DNA of 64,000 nt from Podarcis melisellensis (Eukaryota), in NCBI GenBank assembly GCA_964234715.1, contig OZ174290.1; one strand, given 5' to 3'. Below are positions 37,294 to 51,900 of the stretch, piece by piece. The notes under the pieces are model-generated. The model saw only the letters and a list, made by a program, of their open reading frames with translations. It made no database searches and was not told the origin of the DNA. Every line of letters begins with the position of its first letter. Within the stretch, counting starts at the first letter, position 1. Made by a program: the position numbers and the translations under genes.

Positions 37294-38490
37294 ATGGCGG
37301 TGGGTGGGTGTCCTTCAGTCCCCTGACCTTGGCTCTCCGAACGAGTGATGCAATCAGCTTCTCTTTCTAGTGCACTGTGACCCAAAAGAGGCTAGGATTT
37401 GACTGAAGACCAGGAGGGCTGCGTAACTGGCTTAGGAAACGGAGAGAGAGACCAAGGGAACTCTGGCTTGTTTATTATTGCTATTATTATTATTTTGCCT
37501 GACTACAGCCAGGCCTGCTTCTCCAAGCCTTACAGCCTGCTGGTTAAGTCTCCTGGTTAAAAGTCTGGTGCTTCAGCATTAGCAGTGGGCTCCTAAGACT
37601 GTGTCGTGAAAACGAGCTCTCCGCTCCAACTTTCTCCTGGTGCCTCTTGTGTTCCAAGCTCTGTATGAGGAGGATCTCTATTAAGCCTGTGTTGCCCTCA
37701 TCAAAGATATACAGCGTGGAACTAAACTGACTGGATTCTAGAACTGGAAGAGTTAATTTCCTGGGGAGGTGGATTGAAGATGTAGATAATGTTCAGCACT
37801 AATATCTCTGTAACCCTTCACTTAATAACGGTTTACTTGCTTGAGCTATAAAGTGTGTGAATGTGGGTGAAGAGAACTATGGGTCTTCCTGTATATGTAT
37901 TCTCTTTTCTTCCTTTCTGAACAACTGCCTCTCTCTCCCTCCCGCTTTCCCAATTCTTTGGTATTTCTGTGAGAGCCAAGAGGAGCTGCTTCATAGAAAA
38001 GGCACAGTTCTGTGGCTAATCTTGCTCAGGATTAGATTTCTGGTATAGTTTGTGGGTGGTAGTAGAAGCTGGGCCTGCAGGCAGATGGCTGTTATCTGAG
38101 CTGGTTCCTCCCATCTCCTCTGCTGCAATTAGCTTCCTACCACCCCGGCACTTCACCTCCTTGGTTCTTGACTTTGCAAGAGCAATTATGCATTGGAACT
38201 GTGCTCCAAGCCACAGGGAGCTTCCTTCCTGCTCCTTCATCTTTCTTGGGGCACCATCTTCTACCACAGAGGGAGAAATAGTCTTTGAGGCTAGATGCAG
38301 GTTTGAGCTTCCTCCCACAGCTGCTTGCTCTTTTCTCTCTCTGGAGATAATGAGGAAAATGCAGTTCACTCTAAACTATGAATTGATGTATGTTGGGACA
38401 AAATACCTTAATTTTACATATACCTCGTGGTCTGTGAATCTGATGGTGAGCTGCCAGGAATGAGACCTTGTGGGTGGCAGTGGATAGCTC

Positions 38491-38496
38491 AATAAA
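38491..38496 (+). terminator. Candidate VPS11 polyadenylation signal
   Basis: AATAAA ~1.2 kb after the stop codon. Confidence 0.5.
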
Positions 38497-39299
38497 GGTG
38501 TTGACGTAGCACGTGGCAGCTGTGAAAAAGGACAACTTCCATGCTAGGAATCATTGGGAAAGAAACTGAAAAGAAAACTGTTTATATCATAATGCTGCAA
38601 CACCAATCCATGGAAAAAATATTACATTGTTAGAAAAGGGCACCCAAAATGATGGATGGAATGACTGGTTTAGAGAAAAGTTTGGTAAAAGGGGTTGGTT
38701 GCTCTGACTTGGTTGGGCTGTTACTGGCATACAGAACTAGGTGGTGTGTGGCCTCCAGCAGTAGAGCTGCTCTTACACTATTTATAGTTATGCTCTTTGG
38801 GAGCTGGGGTTCCTAATACGCATCGTTAAACCTCTTCACTTCCATCAGTTGGTCCAATCCCCTTTTAATAAAACACATGCAAATTTCCTTGCTGGATCCA
38901 GTCCAGCACCACACTCGTCTACTATCCTGCCAGCTGCACTTGCTAATTAGGCCACCTCCAATAAACTCATTTGCAGCACCATCAGGGATGAACACCAGTC
39001 AGTGGGTCCCATTTTCAGTATGCTGTGATCTACTTCTTGTGCCCCTGGGGGCTCCATATGAGAAGCCTGAGAGACCTCTCCGTTTAAGGTAGCGTTCGTT
39101 GTCAGCTCATCTTGTAGCAGAGAGTTACACAGGAAGCAGCTTTACACCAACCAGACCATTGGCCCTTCTGCCTCATTGGCTGGCTGGTAGCGGCTCTCCC
39201 AGGCCTTTCAAGCAACGTTTCCTCAATTTTAGAATAAATCTCGTGACACTTTTGAAGGCGATTTGCAGGTAGTTTGCATAATACTATAGGCCAGCCCCT

Positions 39300-39950
39300 T
39301 TCAAACGCTTATTCGGGCAGGAGACGCTCCACTGCCCGTAAAATATTCGGCCGGAGCTACCGTGCTGCGTCCACAGCGCCTCACTGCAAGGACCGGAACG
39401 CGAGGCAATCCAGCGGCGCCCCCGGCTTCACCTTTCCGAAAAGGGGCGTGCGCCGCGTCGGCGGTAATTACGGTATAAAGGGCATCGGGAGCCACCTCCC
39501 ATTCATGGAAAGCCGCCTGTGGGAGGAACAGGAAGCCGCCGGAAGTGACGTCCGGGACGGGGAGGCGCATGCGTGGCTCCGCGGAGTGGCGATGGAACCG
39601 GCAGCGCCTAGTTGACCCAGAGCGGGACCCCCTCCAGCCCTCGCCCCGCCTGCCTGCCTGCCGGCCCCCTTCGCTGCTCGGCGCCACCAGCGGCATGACC
39701 AGCTCGCCGCCCGCCTCGGTGAGCCTCTCCGCCGCTGCCTTGACCGGCGCTTCGCTCGCTTTGGGGAGGGGGAGGGAGAGAGGGGCGAAGGGGCGGGGCT
39801 TCCAGGGGCTCAGCCAATGGCGGAGGACGTCGCGAGGTGACCTCTGTGCATGGTGGTGACCTCACGTGCGTCGCGGGGGTCTTTAATGAGATGCAAATGA
39901 GTTCAGCCCCCGCTGATGGGCCTGGGGACGGGGGTTGTCTCCGACCATGG
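39300..39950 (+). promoter_or_regulatory. HMBS housekeeping CpG-island promoter
   Basis: CpG-rich; ETS CCGGAAGTG 39539-39547 overlapping TGACGT; NRF1-like GCGCATGCGT 39565-39574. Confidence 0.8.
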
Positions 39951-42900
39951 CTGCCTATCTGCTGCTACTCCCCACCCCCCGACTTACTTGGGTGGTATCT
40001 CTCTTTTCCTACACCTGTGTGTCCTCCAGTGTTACTTTCCTTAGGAAGGGGGAATATAGTTGTTAAATGGTAGTGCTAGTTTGATTTTTATGAAACTCGA
40101 TTTATACACACACACACACACAATTTTGTTTATGATAACAGCAGTAGCAAGAACAACAACAGGGCATTGGCCTCGTTTGAGTGCCCAAAGTGTTTCATGT
40201 TAGTATCCCTGTAATCCGCTTTATATCTGCAGAGAAACATTGGGAGAGGCTGGTGTTTCTCCCAGGGCTATTTTGCCCTTTGCCGGTCAAGGGAGGCAGG
40301 TTGCATTTCTAGAATGTGCTCCTGCCAAAATCAGATGCCTCTTGTTTCTTGCACAACCTTGTGCAACTTGAGCTCTGCCTCTGTGTGGGAAGGCACTCTT
40401 GCCTAATCCGAAGGGTGGCTTGGTAGGACACACCTTTGCCCTGTTAGGTAGTACACTGTACAGATACCTCCAGGCAGATTCTTCTGGCAGCCAAGGTAAG
40501 CCAGAGTGCGGTGGTGGCGAAGAGAAGTGTGGGTTTGCTGCTTTCAGATGCCCTCTTGCATTCCCCTCTGCTATAGGGTGCTTCATCAAGCTGTTTTTCT
40601 AGTTTCTGCGTGCACACTCACACTTTCACTTGCCCTTTCAAAGTTCCGCTGGGAATACATTCCATAGCATTCCCATGGGGAGACTGTTATATTAGCTTCC
40701 AAACCTGAGCCTTTGCCTGGATTTTGGGCTGTTGGGCCTGAGCCTTTTGGGTGATACTGTATGGTGGACACCTACACAGCTTGCCTGTTTCTGTGTTTTC
40801 ATTCCCAGATTCAAACAAATTCTCTTCTCTCTTCACACTAAGCACCTCTTTCTGTCCCCCTTGGCTGCATAATTGCCCTACAAACACAGAAACTGCTGCT
40901 TTCAGCACCCTGATGGTATATCTCTTTTTCTTCCCTGAAGCTAAGTAGCTAGTGCTCATGGCTATGTTTGATGAAGACTGAAGGGAACTGATGATTTGGG
41001 GTTGACTTCCAGAAATCACACATGGGGCTTCAGTACCTTGTGACTACCAATCTCTCCTATGAACTATTGATATCTACTGCCCATTTTTAGCTCTACTGCC
41101 CACCTGTGCCCCTTTCCTGTGTTTTGCCCTATCTCGCTGCATCCCATTTCTTGTCTTTATGTACTCCTTTCCACAGCCACCACCCTAAGAAGAGCCGCAT
41201 TCTCTTGGGAGATGTTCTAGAAAGTAAATATCAGCCCAGCTTGTGCACTTCCTTGCTGCAGAACTTTGCAGATGGCACAGATAGCCCTGGCTACCATGGG
41301 CGGAAGCAAGGAGGTTCTCAGGATGATAGCTTCCTGCATTCTGATCCATTGAGATTATAGTTGTTTGCCATGCAGTTTGATTGTATCTCCCCATCTGCGC
41401 TGCCACCCTCCCCCTGCCCTATATTGCAAATAAGTGGTTGAAATGTCCCTTGTTCACTTGCGCAAATGGCCCCTTTGTCAATTGCTTTGCTCTGGGAGAT
41501 TGTCTTCTGCTGCCTGTCTTTCCCAGAACAATTTCTTTCTGTGCAAAACCCGGACAGTTCCTTGCAAGCAGCCCCTGCAGCTGCAGTTCCCTCCAGGCTC
41601 AGTTCCTTCCTTCTCCCCACCCCCTTGAACGCCCTTTCCCCTTCTCTGCCTTATCTCTGCTGCCAGGTTGGGGCTAGTTTGCAAGGAGAGACTCCCTTGA
41701 TTAGACGCTGACAGAGCAAGGCAGCAGGTCTTCCTCTCCCCTCTAGCAAAGACATCTTTCTCCTCCTCTTCACTGGGTCCTGGGTTGCAAACCTCTGTTG
41801 AGATGGCAAAGGTGGTGCTGCAGGACAGTCAGGTAAGAGGCGTATGTCTCTCCAGGCCTCAGGAAATATTTCAAATCTTAAGAGCCATTTTGACAGGTCT
41901 GAAGGTTTTCTGGACCTGGGTTATTGTCCAAGACTTCATACTTCTCTCCCTGCCTCTCTTACCCACACTCATGCATACACAATCTCTCTTTTCAGCTGTG
42001 TGTATTATGACATATTTAGGGGTGAAACTTTACCGCAACAGACAGGCTCTACTGAGGAATACTTCTATCTGCAATTAGGACTTGATAGGCTCTTAACTGA
42101 TAATGTTTGTCTCAGTGCTATCTTGTCCTGTGCCCTGTATGGCTCTGCAGGCACCTTTTCCTGCAGGGCCCTTGCTCGTTCCATGTGCTGCTTACCTGCG
42201 TTGCACAGCCTGGTCTTTGGGGAAGCAGATGACTCTGCCCCTTGGGGCCAGTTGTGCTACTGAATAACCTCCGCTTCTTTCAGGTCTTTGACACATGTGT
42301 TCTTTGCCCTAAAGCCTGTCAAGGGTTGCTGGGCTAGGGCTGGTCAGGTCAGGCAATAAAAACGACATTAGTAATAGTTGTTTGTGGTTGTGCCAACAAT
42401 GTTCTGGTGCTTTACAGCACAACAAAGGGAAAGGCGGGCCCCTGCCCAGAGAAGCGTAGGATTTTAGATCTGACACAAGGGAGGCAGGCAAGAGGGATGG
42501 GTATCTAATTGCACGAAGCTATCCTTCAGGGCTGTTCCTTTTAATGCAGCGAACATTGCAGAAGGTGTCTGCCCAGGTAGGTTCCAGTGTGGGGCTTCCT
42601 GGGATGCCTTCTGTGTCCACTTCCATGGCTTAACTGTCCCACCCTGCTTGGCAGCCCCTTTGCGAGGAAAGGCTTGGCTGGTGCAAGCTTCCTCTTGATG
42701 TAGGGTTTTGCGGGGAGATTGTGGAAATGCCACCATAATAACCCTCCCTCTTTGGAGTAATTGGAGATGTTTATTCACAGGAGAAGAATGGCTTGAAGAA
42801 AGAGACTATCCGCGTGGGAACAAGGAAAAGCCAGGTGAGGTTCTTGTCATTACTGTTTTCTTGCCTGCATGCTGCCTTTCTCTCTCTGCTTTTCCTGGGT

Positions 42901-45900
42901 CTGCTTCTTGCAAAGTGTTCGTACAAACAGGACTGTGCATTGACTGGTGAATGGATTTGCATGGGACAACAGGGCATTTTCTGTTGCTTTCCTAGTAACC
43001 AGGTTGGAACAGAGGAAGGCAGGGAAAGACGGCTGGTGCTGAAGCGAGCAAGTCATAGAACGAAGTGTATTCTTGAAGGCCTGGGTTATAGGGGTGGATA
43101 ATAGCAATATATAAAAATGCCTTACGAAAAGGATGAAGAACTATCCTCTGTTGTGCCAGAGGACAGGACTAGATCCTAGGGGCTTATGTCCCAGAAGGGG
43201 AGAGCTCAGATGAGCATTTGGAGAGGCCTCTTAAAGGCGAGAGCAGTCCTGACACCAAAACCATGGTGGACTCTCCCTTGGGAAGGGACAGAGCTCAGTG
43301 GTGGAGCCCTTGTGGTTCAATCCCCGGCATCTCCAGGTAGGGCTGTGAAAGAAGACTCCCTGCCTGAAACCCTGGAAGAATGGCTGCTGGTCAGTGCTGA
43401 CCGAACTGAGCTAGAGGGAACAATGGTTTGTCTTGGGATAATGCAGTTTCCTGTATTGCCTCACTGGGGGCAGAGGCTGGACAGTCCTTTCTTAGAGATG
43501 TTGCTGGGTTTTCTGTATCAATCCCACTGCTGCCAGAGCTCTTAATGGCTGCTTTGCAGGAACTCACATATTCTGGGAACTATCCTTGCCCTCCCCTTCA
43601 GCAGTAGCAAATTCCAAATTCATATTAGGCTAAGTATCACAGGAGCTGTATTCTCAAATGTGCATTTTTCTGAAATATATTTCACTCAGTGCTGCTCCTC
43701 AATACTTTGTCCCTTTGCTACTATTGCTGTAATTTGCTAGCAGCCACAGGGTTTTGTTTGTCAGGCTGTTACTTAAGTGTTTGTCCGCTGTGCTACTTCC
43801 CTGCTGCTCATTGATCTTAACGATCTTAAAAGTTTTCATTCGTATCCACCTGGCAATTAATCCATACTTCTCCAGCTGAATTGCTTTGGTGGTGTTGAGC
43901 AACCATCAGTTCCCCTGACCTTTCTTTTGCCAGGAGGATGCAAAGATTTCCCCATGGGCCGCCCTAGCAGGAGCAAAGAAGTACGCCCAAGAGCCAAGAC
44001 TGGGAGGGGCAGACTTGTAAAGAAAGATAATGCTCCACCCTTGAGGTGGAGAGCTAATCTCCCATCTGCCTCCTGTTGTTGAGGCTGGTGGCAGCTCAGG
44101 AATAAACCCAGAAAGCCTGTTTGGAACAGGGGCCTAGGATGGGGCGGCACCTCAGGGCGGCATCTCCTTTTCGCTAGAAGCCCTGTCCTGGGCGCCAGAA
44201 GTGGGTCTCCACTCCTTCTCTCAGAACATAAGAATTGCCCTTCAGCCGGGTCACGTCAAAGACCCATCTAGTCCAGCATCCGGTTCTCACAGTGGCCAAC
44301 CACATGCCTCTTGGAAGCCCACAAGAAGGACCTGAGTCCAGCAGCAATATTTTCACTATTGCAATTCTCAGCAGCTGATATTCAAAGGCACACAACCACC
44401 AACGCTGGAAGCACAACGCGGCCATGGTAGCTAATATTCCATTGGTAGCCTTTCACCCCCTTTTATAGCCCCTGAAATTGACGACCATCTCTATGTCTTG
44501 TGGGAGCAAACCCTGAAATTTAATTACGCTCTGTGTGACGAAGTCCTTCCCTTTGCCTGTCCAGAATCCCGCAACACTTGGCTTCAATGAATGGTATTTC
44601 TGTAGAGCTTCATTCAGGGAGGTTTGCTGACCACACATCAGCTGCGCTGCTGCCTTTGCTTCCTTTTCATTCTCTAACTGGCTCAAGCCAGGTTGGCTCT
44701 CTTCATGTCTGGCTTTTTCTCTGTGGGCCCCCAAAGCTGGGGGGAGGGGGGCAGAGCAGATCACAGACATGAACCGGACCCAAAACCGATGAGAGTGGAA
44801 GTGCATAGGAAGTGGGACTTAAAGTCTCATGTCTTCTGGGCTCTTGTGGGAACAGCAAGAATGTGCGCACATGTCTTCTTCTGACAGCAGGTGCGTTGGG
44901 CACACTTGCCGCCTCTTGGGTCATAGGTAGGGCACACTGATTGACTTTGCCTTCCTTCTCTCTGAAATTGCAGCTCGCCCGGATCCAAACGGACAGCGTG
45001 GTTCAGATGCTGCAGGAGCGCCACCCTCACCTCTGCTTTGAGATTGGTGAGTGTGTGAGGCAGGAAGCCTGGGAATTAGGTATTGACCAAGTAGTGGATG
45101 GGGAGAAAGCAAGCCAACAGAGGAGCTCCATCTAGGTGCTGGGTGAGAGCAGCCTCAGGTGCACAGACAGAGTGCTGCGCTTTTCTGACCTGGTGCATGG
45201 AGAGGATGGGCTTGTGTGGCACCTAGCTTTGTATTATTATTATTATTAATTAATTAATTAATTAATTAATTAATTTCTATATGACCATTCCTTCAAGACT
45301 CACAGAGTGGCTTACCTTGTAAAACCCCAAAATACATCACATTTATTTATTTATTTAATACATTTATATGCCCTTTTCCCCTTCCAATGAGCTCAAGGCA
45401 TTGTACATAGTTCTCCTCCCCATTTCATCCTCTCAACAGCCCTGTGAGGTAGGTTAGACTAAGAGATACCCAGTGAGCTTCATGGCTGAGTGGGAATTCG
45501 AACCCTGGTCTCCCAGGTCCTACTCCCAACACATTATCAGTTATGCCACACGTTACATAGTAGCAAACATAAACAATATCCCCCACCCACACAGTTTAAA
45601 AGGCCATAGATTATTTAAGTAGGCAAAGGCCTGGGATAAGAGGGGTGTTTTTTCCTGGCGCCAGTTTGTATCCTACCCTACTAAAGCAGTGAGCATCTAG
45701 GAAGTCCACACATTGCTCATCCTTGTTGTAGCTCATGTCCTGCCGGTGCTTGTCATCCTTCCTGATCTTCCCTCTTCCTTCTTTCCTTCCTCTCTCTCTC
45801 TGAATAGTTGCCATGTCAACCACAGGTGACAAGATCCTGGACACAGCTCTGTCCAAGGTAAGCAGCCGTATGCTCCATGGGCTCAAGACGCAACCAGCAG

Positions 45901-48900
45901 TGGATAGAAAAAGCAGCCCAGGTTGTAACATGCTCTTTTCCTATTTAGATTGGTGAGAAAAGCCTATTTACGAAGGAACTGGAAAATGCACTGGAAAGAA
46001 ATGAGTAAGTTCTGTTTGGCTGGGAAATGCAGGAGAAAGCTCTCCTTGGCAGGCAATGCCTGGTGGTGCCCTTGGCGCTGGTGCTTTTGCTTTGAGCAGG
46101 AGTCTATGTCCTGGTAGGCAATGGATTCTTCCAGAGCCAGGAAGTCTTCTCTTGAGCGAAAGCGTTTCCTCTAACCCAACGTTGCAGGTTGGGAGTCCAG
46201 CAATTGTGGGGAGGGGGAACCCAGTCATGGAGCATAACTGGGGAGAGAGAGCTCTGATGCCTTCTGTAAAATAACGGGTGTTTTTCCTGCTCTTTCTGAA
46301 ACACCAGGGTCTGATGTTTAAAACTGTGCCACAGCAATCCTGAGCAGTAGGCCACATTGAGGCTGACAAGCCCAGGCCCACCCAGCAAAGCTTCATAGCC
46401 AAGCAGGCATCTGCGCTGAGGTCTTATGCTTCATAATTGCTCTCTCTGCCCATCCTGGGCGCATAGGTTTGGCACACCCATGACCAGCTTATTTCTTCCC
46501 TTCCAGGGTTGACTTGGTGGTTCACTCCCTGAAGGACCTGCCCACATCCCTCCCACCTGGTTTCACCATAGGTGCAATTTGCAAGTGAGTTTGGGCTCCT
46601 CTGCTTCCTTCTGCCTGACTGGTGCTCAACGCTCCGGCTCTTGGTCCATCAAAGTTTGCCCTGGCCAGGCATCCGACTTCCCATTTCCACGTCAGCTGTT
46701 GGTTCCCTGTGGAAGTGGGCCTGCCCACCAAACCACCTACCGTATTTTTTGCTCTATAAGACTCACTCTTTCCCTCCTAAAAAGTAAGGGGAAATGTGTG
46801 TGCGTCTTATGGAGCGAATGCAGGCTGCGCAGCTATCCCAGAAGCCAGAACAACAAGAGGGATTGCTGCTTTCACTGCGCAGCGATCCCTCTTGCTGTTC
46901 TGGCTTCTGAGATTCAGAATATTTTTTCCCTTGTTTTCCTCCTCCAAAAACTAGGTGCGTCTTGTGGTCTGGTGCGTCTTATAGAGCGAAAAATACGGTA
47001 ACTTCCAGAGGATCAGATGGGTAACGCCTTCTTTAACCCATCTCAACTGGCCACTGCCTTAGGCCAAGTGGTGGCCTTTGCTGTGAACAGACAAAAGTCC
47101 AGATCATGTAGTCTCCTGCTGTCTCTTTGCAAGAAACCTGGGAGGCAACCAGCAGCCCTGCTGACCTGCTCCCTAAAAGGCAACCCTGTCTGTCCGTTGC
47201 AGGAGAGAGAGTCCGTATGATGCGGTCGTCTTCCACCCTAAGCATGCAGGCAAGAGCCTCCACAGCCTCCCTGAGAAGAGGTGAGTTCCACTTGTTCCTT
47301 CCTTGGGTTCCATCTGGTATGTAGGAAGGGCTGAAATTAGCATTTTGTCCCAGCTTCAACCCCTCTTGGGTAGCAGTGCTGAGAGGGGTCCCTGCCTGCC
47401 TGAGGTCTTGGCCAGAGTTGACACTTTGCTGCCAGGAAATAACAGCACATGGTCCCGTGTAGACAATGTTTATGCAGAGGTGTCCGGGGGACTGTTCCTA
47501 ACTCTGCTCAGATGGGTGAGGCTGACCAGTCCAGACTCTTCTTTGATGCCGTTTTCCTTTTGGCTCTCTGGCAGCGTGATCGGGACCAGCTCACTTCGCC
47601 GGGCAGCTCAGCTGAAGAGAAAGTTCCCTCACCTGGAATTCAGGGATATTGTATCCTTTGAAAATGACCCCTTGACTTAGACTGGCCCTTGAAAAACCAA
47701 ACATTGATCCCCCCCTCTCTGTACCCCTCCCCCGTCTCGCCATGCTTAGCCTCTGCACTCAAATCTTGCCACCACGTGCAAAAAGGACACCTTGTGGAGG
47801 GTGAATTTCCTAGTGGAGAATGTGGCCATTCCTTTGAATATGCAGCTTCTGTTATATTGATGCAGGTCTCAATTGTTTGTTGGCCAGGTGAGAAAAATTG
47901 GTCTGCAATATGAGAACTTTTTCAAAGCCACACATCCCTGGCTTGGCTTTGAATCCGGGGCCCAGCCAGCCATTGTGCTGAGATGCAGCCCGGAGGCCTG
48001 GCAGAGGAGCTAAGGTCTTGAGCCGCCTTCTCCCCTGCAGAGAGGGACTGTGGTGTTAGAACACCCTCCCTGGTGGCCAGCTCTGGAAGTGCAGGCCATG
48101 GGCCACCCAACCAGGGATCTCTGTGGTTTTCCCTTAATCCTTCTTGTAGAGGGGAAATTTGAACACTCGCTTGAAGAAGCTGGATGAGAAGGAGGATTTC
48201 AGCGCCATTGTCCTGGCAGCGGCTGGCCTCAGGCGGATGGGCTGGGACAGCCGCATTGGTCAAGTAAGTGGGGCAGAAGAGATTGGGGTGAATGTTGTCC
48301 CCCCCCCATTGTGCCCAGGGAGCTTCTCCTCCATGTGTCCTCAGTTCTTGAGATGCTCACTGATGTCTGCATTCCTTCGGGATATATAAACTGAATGAAT
48401 TTGTGAAACGCCCTGAGGTGTATAGGGCTAAATAAAAATTAAAAATAAATAAATAAAATATTTTGCTCCGCCTTTGTTCTGAGCATCACTAACCCTCGTT
48501 CTGCTTCCCTCCAGGTCCTGAGCCCCGCAGACTGCTTGTACGCAGTTGGGCAGGTATGTGATGTGCTCTCCGTTCTGGCCCTGCTGTGTGTGCGAACAGC
48601 TGAGCCTCCCCAACACACCCCTGCTTCTTGAGGGTGCCTTTCGCTCTTTCTCCTCCTGCTCCTCGCCCTCAAATGAGCATCCCAAAGTCACGCTATGCAC
48701 ACCTTCCAATGAATTCTCTCTAGAGAGCAAACTTTCACCTGGTGTGAATCCCAGAGCTGGAAAGTTAAATGGCCTTGGTGCTCCGAGGCTGCGTCCCTTG
48801 CCCTGGTGGGTACCAGCTTCTGCATCCTCCTATTTGTGCAGGGATGGCTAACCTGTGGCCCTCTAGAGTTTGTTGGCCTACATCCCCCCCCCTCCCCCCC

Positions 48901-51900
48901 CCATAAAAATTGCTCAAAATGCTGCTAAGCTCTCTTTCACTGCATGCCTTGCTTGCCCCTTGTCCAAAAGTGGGTGAAATGTATGCATCGTGGGAATCCT
49001 TGAAGACATGTTCTTTTGTCTCTCGGAAATCCCAGCAACAAAAATCCCACAGTGTCACAAAATATTGTGCCAGCTTTTGAGTCCCCCAGAACTACTCATT
49101 GGGCTGGATCAGAGGTTTTCAGCCTTTTTTGAGTCCATGGCTCCCTTATCCAAGTACATTCTTTTTGCAGCACTCCTGTGGGGTTCAGGAGACCAGTTAT
49201 GTCACCCCTTGCCTGCAGAGCTAGCAGCCTCTCAACTTTATTCAAACACCCTCCCTTGTGGAGTGTTCCCTCAGCCTCCACTCCTCTCCCCGGGAGTCCT
49301 CCAGGCATCAACTGCTGCTGTCCGCTGTTTCTGAGCTACTCCCCCCCCCTCCGGGAGGTGCCCCCCAGAGGCACTATTCACTGCAGAGCTTATAGCCAGG
49401 GCTGCTACAATAAGCAGTTGTGCAAACCTTGGGGAGGCAGAGCCACAAGAGGGCACCAGAGGAGGGAGGGAAAGACAGGAGGACAGAGGCCAATGTTGCC
49501 CGCAGCACCTCTGACCATCAATCAAGGCACCCCAGGGTGCCACGGCACACAGGCTGAAAACCACTGGGCTAGATAGTAAAGAAAACACAGACACTTAAAA
49601 GCTTGCACTATATTGTGGCATTTTGGTTGTCCTAACAAAGGCATTGGCGTAATATGGATTTAGTATTTTTTCTTATGGGTCGGTATGGCTGGCTTCCCCC
49701 AAGTAGTTTTTAGCAGGGGCTTGAGGGAGAGGGATATTGGATGCTTTGGTGATTGTATGTCTCCATCTCAAGCTCATGCAGGCTTTACAGAGTAGAGGGA
49801 CCCTGCTCCTGTTGTTCTGATTGCTGACCCTGGTCATTGCAGAGCAGAGGCTTTGAACGCTGTGGGGGCTGCATAGCCACTAGGCTGTTCTAGAAGCTGA
49901 GAAGGGCCTCTTTCCCTGCTCCCCTTCCTTTCTCCAGGGAGCCCTAGCCGTGGAGGTGAGAGCCAGGGACCAGGAGATCCTTGATATGGTGTCCGTCCTG
50001 CACGACGGTGAGACGGTGCTGCGCTGTATTGCAGAGAGGGCCTTCATGAAGCACTTGGTAGGTTTCAGGAAGTGCTTGGTTGGAGGCCACAGCAGCCACC
50101 TGCTTATGTGGGGCTCAGGGCAGTGGGGTGCTTCCTTCCCAGGGAGGACAGGGATTAAAAAAAATATATATAGTTCTATGAGTTGCGTGTTTCTCAGTTT
50201 GATCCTTTCCCAGGGTATGCATTATGACTCACAGTTATTATTGATAGTTTATTGCAATTGTTAAGAGTGAATTTGTTTAGTCATTATTGGTTGATGTTTT
50301 GAGTTATTTTATTGCGTACCATTATAGTCAAATAGTTATTGAATATTACTTTATTTGATATGTCATTCATTAAAGTTATGCCATGTTATGGCTTTTTTAA
50401 TTGGATCAGGTTATTACAAGGTGTGTGTTCTTTGTTGTATATTTTGTTGCTATGAACCGCCTTGTTTAGTAATATGGAAAAGTGGTATGCTATGCTAATT
50501 AAAAGTAAAATGAAGAGGGAGGCTTGGCAGCAGCGTCATTCATCTCCCTGACATTTTCCATTCCAGGAAGGCGGCTGCAGTGTCCCTGTGGCAGTGAACA
50601 CCGTGCTGAAGGACTTCCAGGTAATGACAATTCAGAATACCATAGGCCTTGTTTTTTCCAGCCAGCAGCCAGGCTGGGTCTCTCTTAGCAATAGTTTGTG
50701 GGCTGCTCCCAGCATTGAAAGCAGTTGGTGTAGGGAGAGGCCTGTGCTGGATGCAATAGCCCTGCTTGGTGTGAAGGGAAGTGTTCCCTGACTGAGATGG
50801 AGCAAAGAACCCTCGAACCAGCGAACTCACATTCATGACATGTGACCCACCTTCTTCCACCTGCAATACAAGGATAACAACACTGGCCTACTCTATAGGG
50901 TTGTTGTAAGGATCACCAGAAGATAATGTATGGTTATTATCAACCGACTAGGTGTTTGCTGGCCAGGGATGGGGAATCTATGGTTCTCCAGATGTTTGAT
51001 TCCAATCCCCATCATCCTATTGGCTGTGGCTGATAGTTATTATTAAAAAGCATTTATAAACCACTTTAAAAATGCTGAGTTGGCAGTCCCCCCACTTCAG
51101 ACATTCATTTCCCTTTTGACTGGATCAGTCTCAGCACTCATCCTGGAAGATTTGGTAGTTCACATAAAAGTTTAAGTTGCTGCTTCCAGCCTGATAATTC
51201 CTTCCTGTCCTTCTAGGACCCTTCCTTTTTAAAAAAAGGTGAATCCCAGACTCTTGTAGAAGATGTCACACACTGCCTATCCCTTGGTTTTCCTGCACCT
51301 TCTCCAAAGGAAGAGCTGTGTGCGGTGCTGTTGACATTTTCTTTTTATTTTCCCTAGTTATATTTGACTGGAGCAGTCTACAGCCTTGATGGATCAGAGA
51401 GCCTACGTGAGACCATGCAAGCAAGCATGAATTATTTTCCACATGAGGTACCCGCTACTGTATTGCAAAACAGCACATTTTCTAGGCTTCCACATAAGGC
51501 AAAACCAGGCCCTTGTTATTCTTTCTGCTTGGCTCCTCTCAAGACATGAGAGAAAAAACCCATTAAAACTACATCTAAGCAAAGTGTGGGGAGCTTTTGG
51601 CTGTAGCTGAACTACAGTTCCCATCATTCCTGGCAATGGGTCTTGCTTGTTCAGACTGATGGAAATTGTAGTTCAGTAATATCTGGATGGACAAAGCTTC
51701 CACACACCTGATTTAAGCTTTGTTTCCTATTATATCCAAAGCAGAGACTGTGGCCTGTTGCTCCCAAACAAGCCACTGTATGTAAGGCAGCAACAGACCC
51801 TAATCCTGGATTTCAGTGTTAACAGGAAGCAAAGCTTAAGTGCAACTTCGTGGTTTGCTTCACAGGAGTGAAGCAGGAACTATTGCAAAGTATGCAGTAG

